A DNA stretch of 64,000 nt from Candidatus Cloacimonadales bacterium (GTDB lineage: Bacteria; Cloacimonadota; Cloacimonadia; Cloacimonadales; JAIOQZ01). A model generated the notes under the pieces. The model did not search any database. It was not told where the DNA came from and saw only the letters and a program-made list of their open reading frames with translations. Below, piece after piece: positions 1 through 10,624 of this stretch. Position 1 is the first letter of the stretch. Every line of letters begins with the position of its first letter. The DNA lies in contig OY762463.1 of NCBI GenBank assembly GCA_963665815.1, positions 2,112,001 through 2,176,000 on the forward strand. The letters are read 5' to 3'. The position numbers and the translations under genes were made by a program.

Positions 1-2926
1 TAGACCTGCCATCCTCGAACGAAACGAAATCCGGAAGATTAAGATAGTTGTATGAAATGTTAATACCTTTATTGTGGTCTTCTGTCAGATTACCATTAGC
101 ATCATACACATATTCTATCTGTCCTGATGTTGAGTAATTATGTCCCCTGTCATTAAAATCTTCACTTTGCAGAGTAGATACAGCGTCATCCACAGCAATC
201 AGCTTATTACCATCATAATTATATGAAAGCTGGTCAATATAACCGTTTGCTCCTGTACCTTTTCTGTCAATGTGCTTAATATTTCCGTTCAAATCATATT
301 GTATGTTATCAACATCATATGTACCAAAATTCTCGTAAGGATAAGGATTTTGATCTGTATCATTATTAACTCCGAATTTTGCACTCTCAAGCTGATATGA
401 ATTATCATAGGCATAGGCATAAGCCATCTTCTGAGAATTTCCAAATGAAGAGCTGGATCGTGTTCTCCAGATAAATTCTGAGATTATACCGGTGTAGTTG
501 GGAGTTGTATAACCTGTTTCGGTGTTCTCGAAATTAAGCTTATAAGCAAACATATCATTGTCATTGGATCTGAAATCAACATCATTTACTTGTGTAACTT
601 TCCCCTTAATATTGTACCAGTAATCCACTTTCTGCAGGAAAGCTGCATCTGTCAGAGAAACCGGGTCTGAGCTGAAAAGATCAAAATTTTCATCAAGACG
701 GGCATCAAGCAGTTTGGATTTCAACTGGTTCATTTCATTGTAATGATTTTCGAGCACAAGAATCGGGTCATCATCATTAACCTGCATATATACTTGCTTT
801 ATCCCATCATTATGATTATATTCATATCTTTTTCTGGTCACGAGAGTATTATAATCTAAACTTCCGGATACGATCTCTTTAACTGTTACTTCTTTAACAG
901 GTAAATCAATGAAATTATAGCTAACGGTATTAATAGTTTTCATGTTCATGTGATCAAGAGATTGTGTCTGGATAACATTACCATGTTTATCATAATAAGT
1001 CACTGTTTCCAGCCACTGATTTTCAGGTCCATTTGTAAGAATATCAATACTCGAAGATGCTTCAAGCTGCTGTCCTGGGTGTGTACAGAATCCCGGATTA
1101 AATATGATAGATTCTCCGGAATATTTCACAACTACTTCATCCGGGCAGTAACTATAAGAATGATTTCCATAGAATATTGTACCACCGGGAGTATCTGAGT
1201 TTAATACACGCACTTTGCTGCAAGTCGCTTTACCGGAAACTCTGTCGAATTTTTCCACTTCCGGAAGCTCTGAGCATGGAGCAAAGGTATAATTCTCGTT
1301 CCCCGGGAAATCGTAATTATCATAGTAGTTTACTGAAAGTACCTGACAATTAATAATATTGGGGAAGGCTGCATTTGAATATTCAAAGGCTTCTGAAGGA
1401 TCACGTTTTTCATATAAATCGAATGAGCTTGAGAAAGCCGGATCATCAAACATATTTTGCAGAAATGATCTTGTATGAATTGCAGGACCCTCATAAATCC
1501 CGGACAATATTGTTCTACCTCTGACATCCACTTTTGAGAATGTCCAATGATCCTGAGCTCTCATATTGGAATCTCTGGTTAGTACAATTCTTCCGGTTTT
1601 ATCATATACGGTTTCAATTGTGCCACATTCTGGCAGCGTTTTCTCAATAAGCCTGTTACGTGTATCGTACTTCATTATGGTAGCGTATTTATTAACCAGA
1701 TCAATGTTATTCTGATCTGTTTCTCCTAACTCATATTGATAACTATTGGCTAGTTCAGGTGGTATAATTGCAACCTGGTTTCCCTTATCATCAAAAACAT
1801 AATAGGTTTCCTTGAACTGATTGCCGGCATCATCAATTGCAGATCTTTTCAAAACTATTTTTCCATTCATGTCAGTGAATGAATATGATGTTAATCCGTT
1901 AGGATCAGTTACAATTTGAATAGTCAGCTTATCATGGCTGTAATAGCTGCTTGTTGGATGACCGTCTTCTCCCCATATTCTTACTTCTCCACCGGGAGTA
2001 TCAGCTTTGTTTGTTGCGGAAAATGTCTTAGTGGTATGACCGTTAGTATTGTCTGCTGCTGGCTGAAATACTGACCCGATTCCTCCCTGTTCGTATACTA
2101 CATCTTCCGGGCATTTGAAGTATTTTTTTACTGCAAATGGAGATGTATCATATGGATTACCTCCCGGATTATTTACACCATAAAAGTTGAGAAGAGAAGT
2201 TTCAGCATTACGCCTGAATCTTCCGTCTCCCGTATCTGATGCGAATGGCAGTAATTGTTTGTATTCTCTGCCAAGCTCATCATATATTTTATGTTCAACA
2301 ATATCCTTAAAACTATCCGAAGCGTTTTTACTGATAATTTGTCTGATTTTACCATCTGGATCAGCATAGATGATTTTTTCAGAAATCTCACCTGTTGAAA
2401 GAGAGCAGATTTCTGTTTCATTTTTCTCCGGAACATTTATAACTTTTGTAGATATTCTGTTTGAAATTGGATTAACACTAACATCCTTAAATAAAGTTAC
2501 ATAGCCACTGCTTGTGCTACTGCTGTAATGAAATTCAATGCTGACATGTAAAACTCCACATCCTGCCTCCTCGATTCCAGAGACATATGGTATTTTGAAA
2601 ACAGGACTCTGCCAGTTTATTTTCTCATTAAGAACTATATTTCCATTAAAGCTGCAAACCCAATTATAAGGAGTGAACTCTGTCTGGTTTACATAAGTAC
2701 CAACAAAGGTTGTATAATAGGCTTTGAATGTATATCCATCAATCTCTGGGTCGTCATCAATGTTTCCACTTTCATCAGTTTCGAGGTAAAAATTCCTATC
2801 AAGATCAAATATCTGAAAAACTATATTATGTTCATTATCAAAATAAGCTTCAACAGAGAAGTCTTCGTATGAAAACATACATACTGTAATTGAAATAATT
2901 ATCATTATTAATATTTTTCTTTTCAT
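1..2926 (-). CDS. RHS repeat protein, DUF6443-type N-terminus, with signal peptide; 3' end (RHS core and toxin tip) lies outside the window
   Basis: Not in the ORF track because it has no stop in the window. ATG at 2926 follows GGAGG. Both ends were translated by hand and are in the same frame: MKRKILIMIIISITVC...YDELGREYKQLLPF...YDTRNRLIEKTLP...YDLNGNI...YVYDANGNLTEDHNKGI..YNYLNLP, typical Bacteroidota-type RHS motifs. Confidence 0.9.
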   Translation of the reverse strand, partial: MKRKILIMIIISITVCMFSYEDFSVEAYFDNEHNIVFQIFDLDRNFYLETDESGNIDDDPEIDGYTFKAYYTTFVGTYVNQTEFTPYNWVCSFNGNIVLNEKINWQSPVFKIPYVSGIEEAGCGVLHVSIEFHYSSSTSSGYVTLFKDVSVNPISNRISTKVINVPEKNETEICSLSTGEISEKIIYADPDGKIRQIISKNASDSFKDIVEHKIYDELGREYKQLLPFASDTGDGRFRRNAETSLLNFYGVNNPGGNPYDTSPFAVKKYFKCPEDVVYEQGGIGSVFQPAADNTNGHTTKTFSATNKADTPGGEVRIWGEDGHPTSSYYSHDKLTIQIVTDPNGLTSYSFTDMNGKIVLKRSAIDDAGNQFKETYYVFDDKGNQVAIIPPELANSYQYELGETDQNNIDLVNKYATIMKYDTRNRLIEKTLPECGTIETVYDKTGRIVLTRDSNMRAQDHWTFSKVDVRGRTILSGIYEGPAIHTRSFLQNMFDDPAFSSSFDLYEKRDPSEAFEYSNAAFPNIINCQVLSVNYYDNYDFPGNENYTFAPCSELPEVEKFDRVSGKATCSKVRVLNSDTPGGTIFYGNHSYSYCPDEVVVKYSGESIIFNPGFCTHPGQQLEASSSIDILTNGPENQWLETVTYYDKHGNVIQTQSLDHMNMKTINTVSYNFIDLPVKEVTVKEIVSGSLDYNTLVTRKRYEYNHNDGIKQVYMQVNDDDPILVLENHYNEMNQLKSKLLDARLDENFDLFSSDPVSLTDAAFLQKVDYWYNIKGKVTQVNDVDFRSNDNDMFAYKLNFENTETGYTTPNYTGIISEFIWRTRSSSSFGNSQKMAYAYAYDNSYQLESAKFGVNNDTDQNPYPYENFGTYDVDNIQYDLNGNIKHIDRKGTGANGYIDQLSYNYDGNKLIAVDDAVSTLQSEDFNDRGHNYSTSGQIEYVYDANGNLTEDHNKGINISYNYLNLPDFVSFEDGRS

Positions 2927-2938
2927 GTTCCAACCTCC

Positions 2939-5900
2939 CTAATTTCCTTTTCCTCTTGAGTATTCATACTCAGATTCACTTATAATATTGCCTTCATCAT
3001 CTCTGGTTCTAATTAACCTGCCCATTTCATCATACTCGAATGAGATTGATAGCCTGTTCTCATCAGTTATTGCAATAAGCTTTCCTGTCAAATCATCATA
3101 AGTGTATGTTGTCATTGCTGCATCTTTTGGATGTATTCGAATCTCATCAAAAAGCACATAACCATCAGGATCATTATTTGTGTTGCTCTGAAAACGTAAC
3201 CAAAACTGCATAGGACCATTTTCCTGAGATATTTCAAACTCAATTTCATGCAGCTCCCACTCTCCGGATCCATAACATGGATGGCTTTCAATCAAGCCGT
3301 AATATCTGTTCTCTCCATACATAAACTGACCATTACATCCTGGTTCTGCCTTGAACCAGATAGATGCAACATAAGTTTTGTTTGGTTTAAAAACATGTGG
3401 ATTGGAAATATTAAAGCCCATTGTTGATCTAATCTCCTTGTCATAATCCAAACCGTCCCATAATTCTGTAAGCTTAATACCTCTTTGACCAACTTTAACT
3501 TCGTCCGGTTCGGAAGTTATATTATTTGGATGTAAGTTCTGAAAGTTGATCAAGTCATCTTGCTCAAATCCACAGGCAAAGGCTTCGAGGTATTCGGCAT
3601 TATCTACTGTTGCAATAACATTCATGCTTGTAACATCATAAATTGTGGATGAATGAACTTCTCTGCTATCAACAACATCTATTGCGTGTCCAAAATTATC
3701 GAACGCTTCAATATTAGACATTCTTTCCCATTTACCGTTTTGAACAAGATCTTCTTCCGGATTATTCTGGAAGTCAAACTCCTCATAATCAAACTTTCCA
3801 CCAACATATTTATACACATCATTTTTTCTGTAAATGCCTTTTGGGGAAGTGTTTAGGTATTCCGGAGTCCAATCTTTCCATGTTGTTACTTCTGCATAGG
3901 TTAAGTACTCATTGATCCAGTTATTAGATTCATACGCTCTTATATCAAAGAAATCCATTGTCTCAGTTGGAGGAATAGAGTATTCTTTCTTACATGCTTC
4001 CTGAGTAAGCATGTTCTTGTTTTCCATTTCTGGATAATGCCAATAAGCAGGAATTATTTCCTTATATAGCTTATTCCCTTTAGAGTTTTCTCGGGATGTT
4101 ATTATTACTTTTCCGCTCAATGCATCATAAGCTTCATTTTTCTGAACAGTTACAGTGGTTCCTGAAACATTATAATCAGCATCAAGATGGTTAACTGTTG
4201 TCGTGATGGAATTCTCGAAAACATTATTTTCCCAGATATGAACTCGTACATCCGGACTGGAGGAAGATTCTTTTGTGTAAAACCTTTGTGACGTCATACC
4301 TAATTCGTATGTATGTGGATTAAGTTCTCCCCTAATGTACGACTTTGCACCGATTAAACCATTTGTAGAGTACTCATATTCTGTTGTGGTTATAGGCTGG
4401 AAAGTACCATCAGGTTTTTCTGCATAAGTTTTGATAGATCTCATCCTGCCATAAACTCCGGTCCTGTTATTAATCCAGACATTAGCGTCATCACCTGCAC
4501 GTTGATGACTTACATCATCGACATATGGCAAATCCTCAGGAGTATAGAATTCATAAACTGTTTTACCATTTAGTGACAGAGTTTCCACACCATTACTAAT
4601 TGATGTCTCAGAAACTTCTACATTATCATAGAACACACCGGGAGAAGGTCCCAAAAGGTTTAAGCCAATTCCCTGAATGTTATTATCTATATAAGGTTTT
4701 GAATAAGCATAATGTCCATCTCCTGTTAAAGAAAGCCTATAATCAAAATACTTCATATCCTCATGGAGTTCATGCTTTATAACTTCTGGAAAACATGACA
4801 GCACACCATTTCCATAATTGTAATTTGTTTTGGAGATTTCACCTGCATTATACAGAGTTATTGATCTAATCCTGTGACCTCCACCATACATGAACTCAGG
4901 GGCAATTCCATATCCAAGAGTAAAACCAATACCACTATATGCATAATAACGTATTTCTGTATCAAGGATTACATATTCAGAAGCTGTATTAGAGAAATCG
5001 ATTGTCACAGGAATGAAAGAATAATTAAAGTTCACTTCAGTAGTTCCCCAACCTTCAATTACTGGTCGAAATAGACAAAATGGAGCATCATCATTGTAAT
5101 TCTGGGAATAATCATTGTATATTGTTGCAAGAGAATCCAAGTTTTCAGACAAAGAGTAAAAATCTGAAGTGGGAACTATACCCCACTGTGGCAAAGTGGT
5201 TGGATGATAATTATACCTATTTTCATAATCATGTGTGAATGTACTGAAAGTGAAGTTTGCAATATTATCTCCTGAACCAAGTTTCTTAATTAAATCAGAC
5301 TCATATTCTATTTCTGTTACCGCTCCGGTTGGACTCACAATTTTATTCAACAGCCAGGCTGAAGCATCTCTGTCTGCAATTTCCTTTATCTGGGCATTCG
5401 TATGTATTTCCTTTTCACCTATAGAAGTATAACCACCCCACATATCCCAGGTAAATTCACTCCAATCCGGATTGAAACCATAATAGAACTTAGTGGAAGG
5501 CAGAGTATTTAATGATCCATTTAAACCTGTTTTCTTTATTGATCTTAAGGTCAACTTACCAGTATCCGCATTTGGGGCTCCCTGCTGTAGAGAATAATCA
5601 TAACTGAAATCAATACCTTTTAAAGAAGTGTTAATGTAGTTTTTGTTATATAATCGTATTTTATCCAGTTTTCTGGCAGAATAAGTTATATCCTCATCAA
5701 ACATTGGCTCTGATGTTGGTTTGAAAAGCTGGAAGGTTAACGCTCTAAGATGTACATTATGAGGAGTTCCAATACCGAACACACTCAAGGGAATGATCTG
5801 AGTACAAATTCCATCGTCAGGACTGTCATTAACCAATTGTGATTCTTCATATTCGTACTCGTAGTTAATTTTCCTTTCATATACATCATTGTTTATATCT

Positions 5901-8104
5901 GGATCTCGATTTACATAAGTTCCACTACTGTCCCAATAATTTAGTCTAGTAAAAGCAAATGTGAGTTTGGCTTTATCAGTTGTATCCCTATGATCTCTGA
6001 AATGAGTGTTTTCTGAAGGTTCAAACGGATAGGTAACTTTATATGCATCATAAACTCCATCCCCTGTAGTGTCTACTAACTTCCATTTAAGGGTAGTGCT
6101 GAAGCCATCAACTGTTGAAGAAACTTTCTTATCTGTTCGAAGTCCATCAATATTCGTTGAGAATTCTGCATAGTGAGTTGCAGTTTCTATACTCTTCAGA
6201 TAAACTCGTTGTGAATATCCTTCAGATGCGGATTCATTTTCCTTATTTTTACTGTCTACTGTATAAGTTACATCACTAGTGCCATCCCAGTACGGAGTTC
6301 TCCAAGGAAGTATTTTGTCTTTTTCGTAATTGAATTTCACCCAGAATCCCCAGTCATCTTCTGAGAGTCCGTCGACCCCCCTGTCCAGATAATCCGGACC
6401 TTTAATTGCTGTCAGCATCCAGGAAGTAGCATAAGGAGTTATCATCAGACTCTCATCATATACCTGATCTCCTTCTCCTCTGTTACGGTATACTACAGTT
6501 TTCGAAGAGAAGGAAAATGTTGGTTGAAAGAACTCATATATCTTGCCATCATCAGCAATAATCCTGAAACCCAGTAATTGTCCAGTACAAAGATCTATCG
6601 CTGGATATATTTTTTTGCTTCCGTAATAGTCATCTCCAATCTGCTCTGCCCAAGGATCAGCATTTCCATCTTCTCCAGCAATAGCATTACCGCCTTTATC
6701 CCCATCAAATCTGAAGTAGATCTCTCCGGAACCTTCAGTCATGGATGCTTCAATAAATCCTTCAGGTCCCAAGAACTCATAGTAACCTGTATCATCATCA
6801 TCAATGTCATATACTTTATACGGGTGCTTAAAATATGGTTTGAAATTGCCGTTAATCCCCTGAACTGAGATCTGATATTGATCTGTCGAAGGTAACATTG
6901 TGTTATACCTATAAAGAGGAGTATCAATTATATTATTCCAAAGATCAAAGAGCTCCTTGTCTAACAATGTGTTACATACTACAGATCTTTCCATGCGGAT
7001 TTCGTCAAAAATACATTGTCCGTTCCCTTCAGTAGACCCATAAGAAAAGGCAGGATAATCTTCTTTTATATCTCCTACAACATTGTCATCAACGTTCCAC
7101 ATTCGATGTACACCATTATACCATTGAATACCAGAATTACTTAAATTATACAGACTATATTGGTGAAGAAGTCCAAATGGAGCCGCATATTCTTCTTCAT
7201 GCAGCCACCATTCCCATTCGTATGAACCAAAATTAAGAGAAAGCCCGGGAACAAATGGAATTGGAATAGAAAAATTTCTGCTGGAAAATTTAGTGTTCCC
7301 TTTTGTTGAAAGATTTGTCTGACTTTGAGCTCCATGTCCTGCAACTGAGAACGAAGCTCCATTTCCACCTGACCCAAATGAGACTCCAGCTAAGCTGAAA
7401 TTATCTGCTTTGGGATTACTGCTTTCTGCAAACAAATTTGCTCCGGCAGAGGCTGAAGTTTTACCATCAAATCCTAAATGAACACTTCCTCCAACAGATA
7501 CTCCAATCCCGGAATCTCCTGCTGCAGACATTCCAAGCCCGAGGCTCATTCCTTGAGTACCAATGCTGGCATTTACACCTACAGGTCCTATACTTGTCGG
7601 AACACCAGCTAACTGCAACAAACCACTAACACTAAGAGATGCATTGACACCACCAAATCCGGTCTGACTATCAAAAGACATACTCATTCCTACCGGACCA
7701 TAACTTATACCGAGAGATAAACCTTTCCCCTTCTGTTTTTTTGCATCAACTTCAGAATAAGTTCTCCCTGCAAAATAATCATCAGGATAACCATTCATGA
7801 ATCTGTTTATAGAACCGGGGTTCAGTGTCCAGCCAAGACCAACCCAGGTTGCCTCTGTATTAGGACCAATCCCTGCATGGTAGCTCATATTTATTGGCCA
7901 GTTTCCTTCGGGACCAGGCACTTCCAGTAGCGGTATATTATAATTAAAATTTCCATTGGCAAGACTGACCATGTCGGACGTGTCTACCGGCTCAAACTGA
8001 GCTGCCTCAGGCTGGGTCGGTGCTTCTCCGGCGTGTAGGAACACCGGAAGTATTGTATTTAACAGCAGAATTGCTGTAATGAATATTGAAAGTTTTCTAT
8101 TCAT
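2939..8104 (-). CDS. Large secreted YD-repeat protein with SpvB/TcB-like N-terminus, Gly-rich segment and a CBM-like domain near the C-terminus
   Basis: Signal peptide; GNFNYNIPLLEVPG..WPINMSY..GLGWTL motif; internal YD-type turns; C-terminal TYTYDDLTGKLIAITDEN..FEYDEMGRL. Confidence 0.8.
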   Translation of the reverse strand: MNRKLSIFITAILLLNTILPVFLHAGEAPTQPEAAQFEPVDTSDMVSLANGNFNYNIPLLEVPGPEGNWPINMSYHAGIGPNTEATWVGLGWTLNPGSINRFMNGYPDDYFAGRTYSEVDAKKQKGKGLSLGISYGPVGMSMSFDSQTGFGGVNASLSVSGLLQLAGVPTSIGPVGVNASIGTQGMSLGLGMSAAGDSGIGVSVGGSVHLGFDGKTSASAGANLFAESSNPKADNFSLAGVSFGSGGNGASFSVAGHGAQSQTNLSTKGNTKFSSRNFSIPIPFVPGLSLNFGSYEWEWWLHEEEYAAPFGLLHQYSLYNLSNSGIQWYNGVHRMWNVDDNVVGDIKEDYPAFSYGSTEGNGQCIFDEIRMERSVVCNTLLDKELFDLWNNIIDTPLYRYNTMLPSTDQYQISVQGINGNFKPYFKHPYKVYDIDDDDTGYYEFLGPEGFIEASMTEGSGEIYFRFDGDKGGNAIAGEDGNADPWAEQIGDDYYGSKKIYPAIDLCTGQLLGFRIIADDGKIYEFFQPTFSFSSKTVVYRNRGEGDQVYDESLMITPYATSWMLTAIKGPDYLDRGVDGLSEDDWGFWVKFNYEKDKILPWRTPYWDGTSDVTYTVDSKNKENESASEGYSQRVYLKSIETATHYAEFSTNIDGLRTDKKVSSTVDGFSTTLKWKLVDTTGDGVYDAYKVTYPFEPSENTHFRDHRDTTDKAKLTFAFTRLNYWDSSGTYVNRDPDINNDVYERKINYEYEYEESQLVNDSPDDGICTQIIPLSVFGIGTPHNVHLRALTFQLFKPTSEPMFDEDITYSARKLDKIRLYNKNYINTSLKGIDFSYDYSLQQGAPNADTGKLTLRSIKKTGLNGSLNTLPSTKFYYGFNPDWSEFTWDMWGGYTSIGEKEIHTNAQIKEIADRDASAWLLNKIVSPTGAVTEIEYESDLIKKLGSGDNIANFTFSTFTHDYENRYNYHPTTLPQWGIVPTSDFYSLSENLDSLATIYNDYSQNYNDDAPFCLFRPVIEGWGTTEVNFNYSFIPVTIDFSNTASEYVILDTEIRYYAYSGIGFTLGYGIAPEFMYGGGHRIRSITLYNAGEISKTNYNYGNGVLSCFPEVIKHELHEDMKYFDYRLSLTGDGHYAYSKPYIDNNIQGIGLNLLGPSPGVFYDNVEVSETSISNGVETLSLNGKTVYEFYTPEDLPYVDDVSHQRAGDDANVWINNRTGVYGRMRSIKTYAEKPDGTFQPITTTEYEYSTNGLIGAKSYIRGELNPHTYELGMTSQRFYTKESSSSPDVRVHIWENNVFENSITTTVNHLDADYNVSGTTVTVQKNEAYDALSGKVIITSRENSKGNKLYKEIIPAYWHYPEMENKNMLTQEACKKEYSIPPTETMDFFDIRAYESNNWINEYLTYAEVTTWKDWTPEYLNTSPKGIYRKNDVYKYVGGKFDYEEFDFQNNPEEDLVQNGKWERMSNIEAFDNFGHAIDVVDSREVHSSTIYDVTSMNVIATVDNAEYLEAFACGFEQDDLINFQNLHPNNITSEPDEVKVGQRGIKLTELWDGLDYDKEIRSTMGFNISNPHVFKPNKTYVASIWFKAEPGCNGQFMYGENRYYGLIESHPCYGSGEWELHEIEFEISQENGPMQFWLRFQSNTNNDPDGYVLFDEIRIHPKDAAMTTYTYDDLTGKLIAITDENRLSISFEYDEMGRLIRTRDDEGNIISESEYEYSRGKGN

Positions 8105-8114
8105 AAAATTTCTC

Positions 8115-8819
8115 CTAAAAATAGTTTAGAATAACTTTTTTGTGTGGAACAGGATTCTTAAAAGTTATTGTACCTGTGTGTAATCCAAATTCCTTTATAT
8201 AAAGAGTAATGTCGTTTTGATCTAATAGTTTTACGTTGTTAAACTCAATTGGGAACGAAAACAGGAATGTCCTGCTCTTTGCCATTCCAAAGTTTCTATC
8301 CATATTATACAAACTTAGCTTCACTTTTCCGCTTTTTTCTGTATGTAGAAATACGTATTGATTCATTGAGAAAAGCAGTTTATTCAGCCATTCGTAGTAG
8401 GGAGTACGTCCTCCCTGCATTGTAGTAAAAACTATATCCTGGTCATCGTTTTCAAAACCGATTGTCAGTTTGAAAAAAATTGATTTATCATAGTTAATCC
8501 TGCTTTTAACAGCTTCTTCCTTTATGTCTGCAATTCTTTCATCGTATTTCTCCCGGGTGATTGTCGAATCCCTCAGAGCATCATCAATCTCAGCTATGGA
8601 ATACTTATACTCATTTACAAGCATCATATCCGTTGGAAGATACTGCAGTTTAAGTTTGAAGCCTTTTTTTGTTATTTTCTGAGCATAACCGGATTTTTCA
8701 CTGTAAAAGTAGTTTTCATACTCCTTCAATGAATCAATTTTTTTTGTACACCCGGTTATCAGCAATATAGCAATAAGGCAGATAACCTTGAGAAATAATC
8801 TAGAATCTACTGTTTGCAT
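8115..8819 (-). CDS. Hypothetical lipoprotein in the RHS operon
   Basis: Hydrophobic N-terminus ending in ITGC lipobox; overlaps the OmpH gene. Confidence 0.65.
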   Translation of the reverse strand: MQTVDSRLFLKVICLIAILLITGCTKKIDSLKEYENYFYSEKSGYAQKITKKGFKLKLQYLPTDMMLVNEYKYSIAEIDDALRDSTITREKYDERIADIKEEAVKSRINYDKSIFFKLTIGFENDDQDIVFTTMQGGRTPYYEWLNKLLFSMNQYVFLHTEKSGKVKLSLYNMDRNFGMAKSRTFLFSFPIEFNNVKLLDQNDITLYIKEFGLHTGTITFKNPVPHKKVILNYF

Positions 8820-9318
8820 ATTTTATAAAATCTGTTGTAATATCTACTTTTCTGTTAGCATGAAGGATATTCCCTCCGGAAACAGTACCAAAAATAATAT
8901 CATAGCCTTTCTTTTCTCCGAATTCTTCCAGAAGGGAGTTCAGTTCATCATAAACCGGCTGCATTAAATCATTTTCAAGCTTAGATGCTTTATCCTCAAT
9001 TGCTCTTCTGTATTTTGCATATTCGCGTCCCTTCTTATCAAGATCTTTCTTTTTATCTGCGAGTTTTTTCTTACCCCATTTGGAACCGTCTGCAACAATC
9101 TCTTCATTCATTTTATTTAATTCAGTTTCCAGGACCTGAATATTCTCTGTCCAGGCATTACTTTTGGTCTCGAAATCCTCTCTAGCTTTTATTGCACCAT
9201 TATATTTCTCCAGCATTACAGAAGAATCAATATATCTGATCTTTGGACTGTTTAAGTATGTATATGCCGAAAAAGCGATTGCTATTACTGCCAGAATTAT
9301 TGCTATGATATTTTTCAT
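8800..9318 (-). CDS. OmpH/Skp family periplasmic chaperone-like protein
   Basis: KIRYIDS N-terminal strand, long coiled coil, KGYDIIF..GNILHA..VDIT C-terminal motif. Confidence 0.85.
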   Translation of the reverse strand: MKNIIAIILAVIAIAFSAYTYLNSPKIRYIDSSVMLEKYNGAIKAREDFETKSNAWTENIQVLETELNKMNEEIVADGSKWGKKKLADKKKDLDKKGREYAKYRRAIEDKASKLENDLMQPVYDELNSLLEEFGEKKGYDIIFGTVSGGNILHANRKVDITTDFIKYANSRF

Positions 9319-9328
9319 TTATTATCCT

Positions 9329-10432
9329 TTACTGATTATTTTCTTTCAACTCATTAATTTCTTTTTTGAGTTCAATTACGTATAGTGTTAATTCTTCTAT
9401 CTTTTTAAGGAGAACAGCCTGATTATCCCCAACATTAAGTCCTTCCTTACTAACTTGATCTGCAGAAGGAACATCAGGTAAATGATTATTTTCAGCTATG
9501 AACTGCTCAAGTTCTTCCAGAGATTTGAGTTTGTAGTCATCTTTGAAAACATAATCCGGCCAGTATGTACTGTCAAAAGTCTCAACTCTTAACTGGCTTG
9601 CTACAACCTTACCTTTATAATGGAATGTCGGTTCGAAATCAGCTAAAAATCCAAGACTTTCAGTTTCCTGATTATCGTACCTTTGGGCAAATGTTTTTAA
9701 AACAAGTTCAAGTTTATTCGTTGTTTCATTATATGAACAGTCTTGAGTACTTGAAACCTGTATTGAACTGTAGAGAGTTTCAACACTTGTGGGTCTAGTG
9801 AGAGTAAATGTTGTGACTTTATTATTGTATTCATTTTTTAAATTTGTAGTTATAGAATAATTGGGAGAAGACTGAAATGTGTCTTTTTTCTCAAAAATCA
9901 ATCCGCTGCCATCCAAAGAAGTTCTGCAATAATCAGAATTACTTTGCGTAGTATTAAACAAAATTTTATTTTTGTCAAAAGTTGAATAAACTGTGTTAGC
10001 AGATCCATTATCGAATGACAAGTATGTCCCAGTTAAGGCGGATTTCGGTACAACTGTTGAACCTACATTTGTGTCCCAGTCACCTATCACTAAACCACCT
10101 GGGAAAAACTCCATTGATGATTTGACACAACTGGCATCTTCATCCCAGAAACCTACTGATAATTGATTTAGATTATCATGAAAGAAACCACATTGTCTAT
10201 CTCCTTCATTATACCATCCAAACTTCAATCGACTTGCATTAAACAAACCATATCTTTTTTCTGAAGTAACAATTTCTTCTGTAACTTTGAAGTTACCTTT
10301 TGTTTCTAGTTTCTCTGTCGGATCCTCAATCCCAATGCCTAATTTCCCATTAATAGTTAAATTCTCAGGATCATCTGCAAATAGCGCGATAGTCACTAAC
10401 ATTAACATTCCTAATAAAACACTTTTTTTCAT
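9329..10432 (-). CDS. Secreted fibre-like protein with C-terminal intramolecular-chaperone-like (S74/TMF-type) domain
   Basis: Signal peptide; GKLGIG..P..KL motif; C-terminal [31 protein letters not shown] coiled coil. Confidence 0.75.
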   Translation of the reverse strand: MKKSVLLGMLMLVTIALFADDPENLTINGKLGIGIEDPTEKLETKGNFKVTEEIVTSEKRYGLFNASRLKFGWYNEGDRQCGFFHDNLNQLSVGFWDEDASCVKSSMEFFPGGLVIGDWDTNVGSTVVPKSALTGTYLSFDNGSANTVYSTFDKNKILFNTTQSNSDYCRTSLDGSGLIFEKKDTFQSSPNYSITTNLKNEYNNKVTTFTLTRPTSVETLYSSIQVSSTQDCSYNETTNKLELVLKTFAQRYDNQETESLGFLADFEPTFHYKGKVVASQLRVETFDSTYWPDYVFKDDYKLKSLEELEQFIAENNHLPDVPSADQVSKEGLNVGDNQAVLLKKIEELTLYVIELKKEINELKENNQ

Positions 10433-10624
10433 TTTTCCTCCAATTATTTTATATGTTGATTATTATATCTAATTAATTTTCCTCTACATAATTATTGCCA
10501 CTCTATATATCACCAATACAAGACATTGAATATACATTAAGTGTGTCAATAAATTTTGAGAAAAATGTTTACAACAAAATCTCTTCAACTTTTGTTGCAA
10601 AAAGCTTAATTTCAGGAGGAATAG

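Noticed and set aside
950-2436. Short ORFs in the track within 1-2926
   Set aside because: They overlap the long minus-strand RHS frame that the track missed.
9329-10432. Prophage tail gene
   Set aside because: It has a signal peptide, and there are no other phage genes in the window.
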